The position numbers and the translations under genes are program-made. A DNA stretch of 59,213 bases, filler included, from Dugesia japonica (lineage: Eukaryota): assembly GCA_001938525.1 (NCBI GenBank). It is 5 parts of 5 records of this genome, joined end to end, with 100 filler letters (N's around TTAATTAATTAA, not from the genome) between each part and the next. Parts side by side here need not be neighbours in the genome. Positions count along the whole stretch, not along the records: positions 24,944 to 35,266 come from MQRL01605079.1; 4 more parts are not named here. One strand, 5' to 3'. Of this stretch, positions 24,944-35,366 are shown piece by piece (the first letter of the stretch is position 1; every line of letters starts with the position of its first letter). The notes below the pieces were generated by a model that searched no databases, was not told the DNA's origin, and saw only the letters and a list, made by a program, of their open reading frames with translations.

Positions 24944-27900
24944 CAAGAACCAATAAGTCTTGGAATATTTATAAAATCTGAATATCCAGAATTAATTCCA
25001 AGTAAATATTATTATTCTACAGGTGAAAATGTAGTTAATGAATTTATACAATTTCTTGATAATATTAATATTAAATTTGATAATATAGATAAAGACTACA
25101 TCGGAAAAATTCCAAAGTTTATTAAAAATTCAAATTGTTATTATTGTGAAAAACCAATCACAAAAGATGAAGTTTTTGATTATAATTATTACACACAAGA
25201 ACCTCGAGGTTATTCACATAAAGAATGTAAACAATCAAAAGAATATTTATTTATCCCATGTTATTTTCACAATGCAATGGGTTATGATAATCATTTATTC
25301 TTTAAACAACTTATATGTAATGATCCAGAAAATGTAAAAAATATAATTCCACATTCTGAAGATCAATATATCGCATTTAATTATGGAAATATTAGATTCT
25401 TAGATTCATTTAAAATATGTAAAACATCCGTCGAGAAAATGGGTGAAACATTAGCTAAATCCAATAATCATGAAATATTATCAACTTATAAATTAAAGCC
25501 AAAGAAAATCTTTTTCCCATATGACTATGTAAAAGCTAACAGTCCTAAAGAAATCATGGTATTATTAAAATCTTCTAGAATTCCAGAGAAACAAGATTTC
25601 TTTTCTAAATTAAGACAAAAAGGTATATCTGACCAAGAATATCAAGAATTTTTAAATGATTATAAAATACATGGAAATCTCTGGAATTACATGTTACATT
25701 ATATGAAACTAGATGTTTTAATCTTATCAGACTACGTAGAAAACTTTAGAGTAATATGCTTAGAATTCTATAAAATAGATCCATGTTATTGTTATACAGC
25801 ATCTGGTTTAACATGGCAAGCTGGAATGCGATTCACACAAATAAAACTTAAATTTGCAAAACCAGATACCTATGATCTATTCCTGAAATTTGAACGTGGA
25901 GTTAGAGGTGGTTATTCTGGTGAAGAAGGTGAACGTCAGGTCTTTGCATATAATAAATCACGAGATCCATCTAGACAATTAAATAAAGCTCAAAAAGAAG
26001 ATTTAAGAAATGTAATTTTAAATGGTAATCTTCAGGAATTAGATGAACCTCTTAATAATTTAATAAGACCTACTTATATTAAATATCTAGATGCAAATTC
26101 TTTATATGCAAGTTGTATGACAAAACCTCTTCCAACAGGTGAATTCTATAACTGTGAAAATCTAGAATATGAAACCTCAAATGAAGAAATGAATTATCTT
26201 TATGAAGTTGATCTAGATTATCCTAAAGAAATACATGATAAAACAAAATATTTCCCATTAGCACCAGAAAGTTTACTTGTTAGAACTGATATGTTAAGTA
26301 ATTATCAATTAAGTTTTAACAAGAAATTATCAAATAAAAATATTAAACTTACAATGAATCAATTAGATAAGAAAAATTATATCATCCTAGGTTCAACATT
26401 AGATCTATATCTACAACTTGGAATGTCTTTAAAAAAGATTCATACTAAATATAAAATACCAGTAAAACCATGGTTAAAAGAATATATAGATTTTAATATC
26501 GCACAAAGAACTTTAGCTAAAAAAAATAAAGATGAATTTGGTGTAAGTTTCTTTAAAGATATGAATAATTCATTCTATGGTAAAACCCTCGAAAATATTA
26601 GAAACCGTTGCAATGTTCAAATTGTAGGTACTGATGAAGCATTTCAAAATCTAGTATCTAAACCAACATATTTAAGTTCTAAAACTTTTAAAATAGAACC
26701 AGGAATTGTATCTAAAATAGCAGCAGTTCACATGACAAAAACAAAATTAAATTATAACAAATTTCCATATCTTGGTTTCACAATTCTAGAATATGCTAAA
26801 GAAGTAATGTATAATTTTGTATATAACCAGTTAGAACCTGCTGTCGGACAAGATTATAAAATTCACTATTCTGACAGTGTTACCCATGACACTCCAGTGA
26901 TCTTAAAAAAAAATAATAAAGTAATAATTAAATTGATCTCTGAGATCTCTCAAAATTATATAAAGAATCGCTATGATAATAAATATTATTCTTATCCTGA
27001 AAATTATAAAATTTGGACTACATTAGGTTGGACAAAATTACGCAAAGTAATTAAACATACAACTTCTAAAAAGATTTATAGAGTAAGAACACATCTTGGA
27101 ATTGTTGATGTAACAGAAGACCATTCATTATTAAATTTTAAATATGAACATATTAAACCAACAGAATTAACACTTAATACTAAATTATTACATAAAAAAA
27201 TATTTGAACCAAATAATAATGATTTTCCTACAACTAGACAAATATTTAAAGATAAAATATCTTTAGCTAAAGCTTATTATAAAGGTACATCTTTAGGAAT
27301 GAATTTAATTATTATACCATTAAAAAATAATTGTTTTAGTNNNNNNNNNNNNNNNNNNNNNNNNNNNNNNNNNNNNNNNNNNNNNNNNNNTATAAAGGTA
27401 CATCTTTAGGAATGAATTTAATTATTATACCATTAAAAAATAATTGTTTTAGTTTTTTACAATTTGATGAAGAAATCCCATATAACGTTCAATCTGTAAA
27501 ATTCTTAAGAGAAAATATAGAAGATGTATATGACATTGAAACCCAAGATGGAACATTCAACTGCGGATTTCCGTTGATAATAAAAAACACGGATTCCATA
27601 TTCGTAGAGATAACAGGAGATAACAACCTTAAAATTCTAAATTCATTAACTGGTGATAATCTATTCCAAATGAAAGATGAATTACCAAATTCTGAAATTT
27701 TAAAATGTGTATTTATAAAACCTAAATCTTATGCATATGAATATGAATCTAACAATAAAATCTCTTTTCAGAAGAAACATAAAGGTGTTCAAAGTTACAA
27801 TCCTATTAGAATGAAAGAATTTGAATCAATATTAGAAGATTCAAAGAAAATAATCTACGGAACAAATTACTCTTTAAAATCAGAACTACATGTAATTCAA

Positions 27901-28068
27901 TTAACAGAACAAAAGAAAATAGCATTAACAGCCTTCAGTGACAAAAGAATTATCGAAGACAACGGAACAAGAACATGGCCACATGGAAATCAATATAAAT
28001 GTGAAAAATGTCAAGACTGGCATTTAAGATTAGATAAGATAAATCGTAATTTAAAATGTTTGACTTAA
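24944..28068 (+). CDS. polB: Protein-primed family B DNA polymerase with intein; 5' end beyond the contig edge
   Basis: Frame open from 24944; FHNAMGYD, FLDS, FFPYDY, YMKLDV, GVRGG, YLDANSLY, KDMNNSFYGK, YSD|intein|TDS, KPKSY, KHKG, DKR. The gap at 27341-27390 is flanked by a 63-bp exact duplication; collapsing it joins the two ORFs in frame. Confidence 0.95.
26876..27588 (+). other. Mini-intein (200 aa after gap collapse) in pPolB motif C
   Basis: Block A SVTHDTPV, block B VTEDHSLL (TxxH), block F VYDIET, block G IIKN followed by +1 Thr (TDS). Confidence 0.93.
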
Positions 28069-28630
28069 AATGTTAGATTTAAAATGTTAATGTAAATGTT
28101 TGATTTAAATGTTTGACTTAAATGTTTGACTTAAAATGTTTGACTTAAAATGTTAATGTAAATGTTAGATTTAAATTGTTTGACTTAAAATGTTAGATTT
28201 AAAATGTTTGACTTAAAATGTTAGATTTAAAATGTTTGACTTAAAATGTTAGATTTAAATGTTTGATTTAAAATGTTTGACTTAAAATGTTTGATTTAAA
28301 ATGTTAGATTTAAAATGTTTGATTTAAATGTTAGATTTAAAATGTTAGATTTAAATTGTTTGACTTAAAATGTTTGACTTAAAATGTTAGATTTAAAATG
28401 TTAGACTTAAAATGTTTGATTTAAAATGTTAGATTTAAAATGTTTGACTTAAAATGTTTGATTTAAATGTTTGATTTAAAATGTTTGATTTAAATGTTTG
28501 ATTTAAATGTTTGATTTAAAATGTTTGATTTAAATGTTTGACTTAAATGTTTGATTTAAAATGTTTGATTTAAAATGTTTGACTTAAATGTTAGATTTAA
28601 AATGTTTGATTTAAATGTTTGACTTAATGT
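28052..28630. repeat. Tandem array of 13-14-bp units AAATGTTWGAYTTA(A), about 40 copies
   Basis: Direct inspection; starts within the last polB codons. Confidence 0.95.
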
Positions 28631-28643
28631 AAATTACTAAATA

Positions 28644-29354
28644 ATGATATTAGAAAATAGCGATAGCCACATAATGTCAGAAGCAACAGAAGAAGAATTA
28701 ATTAAAATTATAAATTCTAAAAAATGTAAATCTGTAAAAATAAACGGTAAAAATTATTATATTTCTAAAAAAGTTAAAGATGAAGCTGTAAAGAAACATA
28801 ACGAAGGTGGATTTGCATTCTTAGCCGCCATTCCAGCAGTAATTGCAGCATTAGCAACATCAACTGGAATAGCATCTGGTATTGCAAAAACAGTTTCAGA
28901 TTCTAGAGATGCTATTAATAAACAAAAACAAGGTGAATTAATTGATATACAAAAACAAGTTGAAGCTAAAAAACTATCCGAGAACAAACTAACTACAACT
29001 GTAGAAAGTGGTCCAACAGGATCTGGAATTAAAAACCAAAACCATAAAGGAAGACATAAAGTAAGTAAGAAAGGACAGGGTATTTATCTAAATCCTTATC
29101 AAGGTTCAGCAATACATAAATATTTAAAAAATATTGATCCTAAATTTAAAAATTTAACTAAAAAATTTAAATCCGGAACTCGCATAATTAAACATGGCCA
29201 TGGTATATATTTAAATCCTTATAATACACAACCACAAGGGCAACAAGGAAAAGGTATTAATTATGAAACCGAAGATGAAACTGAAACTGAAACTGAAACT
29301 GAAGATGAAAACCCCATAAAGGAAGAAACTGAAACTGAAACCGATGAATATTAA
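28644..29354 (+). CDS. Adenovirus pX-like core/membrane-active precursor
   Basis: EGGFAFLAAIPAVIAALA hydrophobic segment, repeated GxG|IYLNPY, basic middle, acidic (ET)n tail. Confidence 0.65.
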   Translation: MILENSDSHIMSEATEEELIKIINSKKCKSVKINGKNYYISKKVKDEAVKKHNEGGFAFLAAIPAVIAALATSTGIASGIAKTVSDSRDAINKQKQGELIDIQKQVEAKKLSENKLTTTVESGPTGSGIKNQNHKGRHKVSKKGQGIYLNPYQGSAIHKYLKNIDPKFKNLTKKFKSGTRIIKHGHGIYLNPYNTQPQGQQGKGINYETEDETETETETEDENPIKEETETETDEY

Positions 29355-29399
29355 AATTAAATCTTTATAAAAGAGCTGCGCGAAGACATAAAGGAGATA

Positions 29400-30819
29400 A
29401 TGGATGCAAAACAAATGGATGAAAAAATTAAAGAATTAAGAGCTCAAATTGCTGCTCAAGAGAAATATAATAACTTTTTTTGTACTAAAGTTCAAGATTA
29501 TAATACTTTACAAACTAACTTATCCACTTTACAATTACCAACTATCACCGCAATTGAAAAACTTGCAACTAAACCAGAAATAATACAAACGGGTGATTTA
29601 ACAAAATTTTTATCAAATGAAAAAATCTCACCATTTATTCCAGAATACTCCATTGAAAATATTAATCCCCTTGGAAAATTAACTCAAACAATTATCCCTA
29701 GATTTGCTAAAATAGATATTGTAGCAAATGATAAAATTAAAAGTTTTCTGGAAATAACTTTAAAAGAAAATAAAATTTATTTATTCTCCGAGGATAATAA
29801 ACCAAATTTCTTATTTAAATCTGAAATTATACCATACTCCGATGGAATATTTAGGATGATCCTCGGAAATACTGATTATAAAGAAGCACCTAATGAAATT
29901 GAGTCTTATTTAAAATTAATATCCCCTTTACTAACTAATTCTGATTATGTTAATAATTTAAAATCAAAATTTAGAAAAGTAGAACTACCCAAACCTAAAA
30001 GAAAAGCTATTCCAGCTGAAAAAACAGAAAGATCCATAGAGGACGGAAAAATATCTAAACTAGAACCAGAATCTGAACCAGATTATAATAAAACTGATTA
30101 TGAAACTGATGAAGAAAAACCATTACATAAAAAACATGAAATATTTATGAAAGATAATATACATCCAATTTTAGAAATTAATTCTTTTAATTTAACAACA
30201 GAATTAACAAAATTAACAACACCAAAAATTTATTATACAACTGTTAATAATAAAAATTTCGTGACATTAAAATTTCCTAATAATGATAAAGAGATATTTT
30301 TTTATAAAAGGAATGATACTAGTTATGTTACAGAAGATATAAAAACCCATTCATATAATAATATTTTAATAGATATAATTTCAGGAAATAAAGAAAAAAT
30401 AAAAACAATGACCACAGAAATGAAAAAAAAATATATTCCAATATATCTAGATTTAGTAAAACCAACTAAAGATGATTCATATTGTAATTATTTAAAGAAA
30501 ACGGGTGGAAAGATAAAACAACATAAAAATAAGAACCCAATTGCATTATTTGAAAAGTTAACATTATTAATTTCAGCTGTAAAATCTGGACATAATAATC
30601 TCTCATCTGANNNNNNNNNNNNNNNNNNNNNNNNNNNNNNNNNNNNNNNNNNNNNNNNNNATTGCATTATTTGAAAAGTTAACATTATTAATTTCAGCTG
30701 TAAAATCTGGACATAATAATCTCTCATCTGAAATAAAATCTATATGTAAACAATTAAAATCTAAAGGTTTATTATCCGATATTATTTATAAAATGTATAA
30801 GTCTAAATATTTCAATTAA
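29400..30819 (+). CDS. Polinton PZ-like protein
   Basis: The gap at 30611-30660 is flanked by a 71-bp duplication; the collapsed frame ends NPIALFEKLTLLISAVKSGHNNLSSEIKSICKQLKSKGLL...SKYFN*. Confidence 0.8.
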
Positions 30820-30960
30820 ATCCGCGTTTTACATGCTACATTTCACACTAAATATTTCAATTAAATATTTCACATGTCACATTTTACACTAAATATTTCA
30901 ATTAAATATTTCACACTAAATATTTCACACTAAATATTTCACACTAAATATTTCAACTAA
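30800..30960. repeat. Tandem 14-bp repeat (actaaatatttcac)
   Basis: Direct inspection. Confidence 0.85.
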
Positions 30961-30968
30961 TAAATAGC

Positions 30969-31730
30969 ATGTCTCATCAATTCTTAATAGTTGGTAAAGA
31001 ACAAGATTTAAAAATTAATCTAGATTATCCGATAAAACTAGATTCGGAATATGAACTTGGATTGTTATATTTTTCATGTTACAATATTATTTTTAACATC
31101 ACCAATTTAAATAATAAATTCACAACCGCTGAAGGAAAATATATCAAACCCATAAAACAAGAAAAACAACAACAACAAAAACAACCAACACAACCACAAC
31201 AAGAATATGAAGTTATAAAACAAGGAGAAAAATCCCTAGAACCAGGATCATATGAAATAAAAGAAATGTCAAATCGTTTAGAGAAATATCTAGAAATTAC
31301 ACCTGACACTGCAACATCTAAATGTAACATTAAAATTAAAATCACATTAGAATTTGATTCTAAGTCATTCTTACATACATTACTAGGATTTAAACCTGGA
31401 AAATACGAACCTGGAGATTATTATTCTTCTGATAAAATTGACATTTCAAATATTAACGCGATAAATGTAACATGTAACATTGTCAAGGGTAATTATTTAA
31501 CCAATGAAAGAAAGACAGAAAAAATTAATTTATTATATTCATTTCCAATTAACACAGTTGCATTTGGATATAAAATTCTAGAACGACCATCACCAGCTAT
31601 TTATTCTAAAATTAACACAGATTACATTGACGGTTTTAAATTAAACATCATAGATGAAAACTTTAACACCATCGACTTTAACCAAGAAACAATTACAATT
31701 TTAGTTCATCTTCGTAAATATCGACTTTAA
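30969..31730 (+). CDS. Penton / minor capsid protein (PX, single jelly-roll)
   Basis: PIKL..YELGL, PGSYEI, INVTCNIVKG, GYKILERP, IDENFNTIDFNQETITILVHLR. Confidence 0.9.
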   Translation: MSHQFLIVGKEQDLKINLDYPIKLDSEYELGLLYFSCYNIIFNITNLNNKFTTAEGKYIKPIKQEKQQQQKQPTQPQQEYEVIKQGEKSLEPGSYEIKEMSNRLEKYLEITPDTATSKCNIKIKITLEFDSKSFLHTLLGFKPGKYEPGDYYSSDKIDISNINAINVTCNIVKGNYLTNERKTEKINLLYSFPINTVAFGYKILERPSPAIYSKINTDYIDGFKLNIIDENFNTIDFNQETITILVHLRKYRL

Positions 31731-31852
31731 CCAGTAGCATGTTAAATATCGCTTGTGACATGTTACATAGAAAATATTGATTATAACCAGTAACATTTTA
31801 ATATTTTAAATATTGATTATAACCAGTAGCATTCAATATTTAAGTTTAAGAA

Positions 31853-32305
31853 ATGTACAATTTATTAGATTTTCTAAAAACATTTGGAATCAACACAACA
31901 ACAAATTTTGATTTATATTCAATCTCTGAATTTTTAAATCTACCATTAGAGATTTACATGAAAAATGAGATCGCTTCGCTGGCCTCCGGACAAATCGCTA
32001 CACTTAACCCGAAAACATGTTACATTTTTAATTATCAAAATTCAAATCAAAATGGTACACATTGGGTTGCTTACAATAAAGGATATTATTTTGATTCTTT
32101 TGGTTTAAAACCTTTAGATCAACTTGAAAATTTTACAAAGAAATATAATAAAATTCAAGTGCAACATTTTGGAACTGAAATATGTGGTATTTTATGTATT
32201 TATTTTTTATATTCGCTGAAAAAACATGTTAAATTCGACATGATAATATCTGAAATGTTAGATCTTTATAATTCAATATTAAAAAATAGCACGAATAATG
32301 AATAA
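31853..32305 (+). CDS. Adenain-like cysteine maturation protease
   Basis: GTHWVA (His), YFDSFG (Asp), QVQ...ICG (Gln/Cys) all intact. Confidence 0.92.
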   Translation: MYNLLDFLKTFGINTTTNFDLYSISEFLNLPLEIYMKNEIASLASGQIATLNPKTCYIFNYQNSNQNGTHWVAYNKGYYFDSFGLKPLDQLENFTKKYNKIQVQHFGTEICGILCIYFLYSLKKHVKFDMIISEMLDLYNSILKNSTNNE

Positions 32306-34072
32306 GTTTGGTGCTACAGTTGCTGGCAATTCAACAGAAATATTGAAAAATGTTGATGCAAAAATTAGAACTTTAGATGCAACAAATGAAAATAAATATG
32401 TAAATGAAACAGGTGACATGATTACATTTCTAAAAATAACAGATGATCCTAAGGATCTTCAAGATGCAGTTAATCTAAAATATATTAAGTCTCTTGAAGA
32501 AGTTAATCTAAAATATATTAAGTTTCTTGAAGATAAATTAGAAAGACATGAAATAATTTTCAATAGATTATTAAAAGTTGATAGTTTTACAGCTAACAAA
32601 TTATATTTAGAATCTAAAATCAATGAATTAAAAACATTGAACATCGATATTTCCGGATTGAATAATAAAATTCAGAGATTAACAAAATCTTGTAATCAAG
32701 AAACATTTGACAAAATCTACACTGAAATTAGAAGATTAAGACAAGAATTATTTCCATTTAAAAGAAGTGATCTATTGATTATTTTAGAAAAATTAGATTC
32801 TCTTGATTCATCTAAAATTAAAAAAGAAATTAACATCTTAAATATTAGAATTAACAAATTACATGAAGATATAAACAAGAAAACATATGACATTTATATA
32901 ATTTCCATTGACAATCTTAAAATTTATATAGAAAAATTTAAACCTATAATTTTAAAATTAACTTCTGATATAAAAAAAGTAAATCCACGACAACATAAAA
33001 TATATTCTGATAAAATTAATCTTTCATTTAAAAAATATAAAGAAACANNNNNNNNNNNNNNNNNNNNNNNNNNNNNNNNNNNNNNNNNNNNNNNNNNNNN
33101 NNNNNNNNNNNNNNNNNNNNNNNNNNNNNNNNNNNNNNNNNNNNNNNNNNNNNNNNNNNNNNNNNNNNNNNNNNNNNNNNNNNNNNNNNNNNNNNNNNNN
33201 NNNNNNNNNNNNNNNNNNNNNNNNNNNNNNNNNCTGGAATGTTTAGTTTTAATCAACCTTTAGAAATCCATTTATATACAAAAGTAAATGAAAAAATTAG
33301 TATAAATGTTACTGGAAAATGTGTCGCAAAATTTACATATGTCATTAGAATTAATAAAATTGCAGTGTCATTTTCATATGTAAAACCAAAAACTCAAAGT
33401 GATTCAATTAATGATTTTAATATTTATCGTGAAAGTACTGATATTACTAATGTTACTAATATAAATTATATTGTAATAATTTTACCTGAAAATATTTATC
33501 TGACAGAAATAAGTGTTAATTCATATAAATTAGAAACACTTGAAAAATTAAAAGAAGAATATGAAAAGATAAAATCTAATCTTCACATATCACACATTAA
33601 AAGAATTGATACTTTAATGAAAACTTATGATGAGTTATCACTTAAAAGTATAAAAGAAATAATTGATAATTACTTACCATTTATTAGTAATGGAGGTGTT
33701 AATACAAATTTTTTATTTATTTGGACAAGTATTGAGAAAGATCTTCTTTGTTATTATATTACTGAAAAAGTGGAAAGAATAGATTTCAAAAGAAAAATTA
33801 AAAAGGTGACACTAGAAANNNNNNNNNNNNNNNNNNNNNNNNNNNNNNNNNNNNNNNNNNNNNNNNNNNNNNNNNNNNNNNNNNNTATTCTAAAATGTTA
33901 TTCTAGCAAAAGTTTTAAATATTACATTAAATATAATAATAATGAAATAAAAGAATATATTGGGAATCCTAATCATGAATTATTTACAATAGCATATCTA
34001 AATAAAAATGCAAGTTTTATAGAATTAACTTTACCAAAAGGAATTTATATTAAATCTATTTTATTAGAATAA
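32298..34072 (+). CDS. Fibre/spike-like protein, probably one ORF across N gaps
   Basis: PxxxxDAVNxKY fibre-type motif, long coiled coil, beta-rich C-terminus; continuity across the 33048-33233 gap is inferred. Confidence 0.55.
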
Positions 34073-34075
34073 GAA

Positions 34076-34684
34076 ATGGATCCTGATAATACAAATATTT
34101 ATCCTAGTTTGCGTGAAAGTAGTGATAATTATACAATCTTAGATTTAAAAAATAAACTTGCTTTATCTAGAATTAAAGATTTTGATAATGATCTTTATTA
34201 TATTAAAGATAAAATTAAACATTATAAGAAACTAGAGAAAAGATGGAATAGAATTGATACTGGTATTAAATATACACAGATATTATTAAGTGCTGGAATT
34301 GGCATAGCAGGAATAATATTTATAACTCCAGTTGGAGTAGCTATTACTACGATAGGAATACCGGTTATAACAGGGGCTATTTCAGTTCTGCCTGTAATTG
34401 GAACAATGAACACTTCATTTGTTAAATCTAGGAAGGAAAGATATTCAAAATTAATATCTAAACTTGAATGTGTTAAAAATAAATTATTCTTATTTCAACA
34501 GAAAGCAGTTAATGATGAGATTTTAACAGACGATGAACTAATGATCTCGAAAAAGATGGTATCTGATGTTCACGATCTGATCTCAGGACATAAACATGAT
34601 AAAACTGATAATAATAATATAAAACTGTTACTTGAAAATCAAAATAAAGTTATTTCAGAAATGCGTAGTAAACTTGGAATTTAA
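34076..34684 (+). CDS. Conserved Polinton membrane protein with a central hydrophobic hairpin
   Basis: IYPSL N-terminus, Gly-rich hydrophobic region, homologues in contigs 1 and 2. Confidence 0.8.
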   Translation: MDPDNTNIYPSLRESSDNYTILDLKNKLALSRIKDFDNDLYYIKDKIKHYKKLEKRWNRIDTGIKYTQILLSAGIGIAGIIFITPVGVAITTIGIPVITGAISVLPVIGTMNTSFVKSRKERYSKLISKLECVKNKLFLFQQKAVNDEILTDDELMISKKMVSDVHDLISGHKHDKTDNNNIKLLLENQNKVISEMRSKLGI

Positions 34685-34869
34685 TTGCATGTTGTACTCG
34701 TTAGTTTGAATGTAACATGTTGCATGTTGCATGTTGCATGTTAATTTTAACCGTGACGAAAAACCAAAACCATAAAGGAAGACATAAAGGACGAAAAAAA
34801 CCACAAGGGCGAAAAAAACTAAAAAAAATGTTCAAAAGTTATATCTACGATTAAAAATTTTATCCTAAA

Positions 34870-35172
34870 ATGGAGAAGATTACAGAAGAAATTGGAATAT
34901 TAATATCTCATCAACTTTTTAAAGAAACTGATATTATTGAAGAATTTCGCGATAAGCCTGTAGATATTTTAGCATGGGAATGGTTAAATAAATGCCATAA
35001 AGGAAGAAAATCTCGTCAGGAACAAGATAAAACTATTCCATTTAGAAAAGGATCTGAAATTTATCATTATATAATTAGAGAAAGACCTAGGAAAATTACA
35101 AGAGATAAATTAGAACAGAAACGTGTTTTATATGAAATTGAACGTGAAAAAAGACAGAAAGAACCATATTAG
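34870..35172 (+). CDS. Hypothetical basic protein
   Basis: 100-aa ATG ORF co-oriented with the module. Confidence 0.5.
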   Translation: MEKITEEIGILISHQLFKETDIIEEFRDKPVDILAWEWLNKCHKGRKSRQEQDKTIPFRKGSEIYHYIIRERPRKITRDKLEQKRVLYEIEREKRQKEPY

Positions 35173-35266
35173 ACCAACGACCCAGAGGGACCCATATTTA
35201 GAATAAATCATCTAAAAGTTCATCAGTTTCCTTGTTAAGATAAAAATAATTATATTTAGTTTTCCA

Positions 35267-35366
35267 NNNNNNNNNNNNNNNNNNNNNNNNNNNNNNNNNN
35301 NNNNNNNNNNTTAATTAATTAANNNNNNNNNNNNNNNNNNNNNNNNNNNNNNNNNNNNNNNNNNNN
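35267..35366. other. Artificial contig spacer
   Basis: N44-TTAATTAATTAA-N44. Confidence 0.95.

Larger units (their letters stand above)
24944..35266 (+). mobile_element. Polinton/Maverick (adintovirus-like) element, family B, internal portion with open ORFs
   Basis: Co-oriented pPolB, pX-like, PZ, penton, protease, fibre and membrane genes; no ends, integrase, ATPase or MCP on this contig. Confidence 0.93.

Noticed and set aside
24381-25300. One large element with divergent PZ and polB
   Set aside because: An artificial spacer lies between them and they belong to different families
27341-27453. Split intein, programmed frameshift or two-gene polB
   Set aside because: Exact 63-bp duplication around a 50-N gap; collapsing it restores one frame
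26876-27588. Hedgehog-type Hint domain or spliceosomal intron
   Set aside because: In-frame coding insert with both exteins, Ser1 and Asn/Thr junction inside a catalytic motif; no GT-AG ends at the boundaries
28052-28630. CRISPR-like array
   Set aside because: Contiguous 13-14-bp units with no unique spacers and no cas genes
28757-34413. Antisense ORFs 28757-28987, 31079-31345 and 34222-34413
   Set aside because: Shadows of the + strand viral genes
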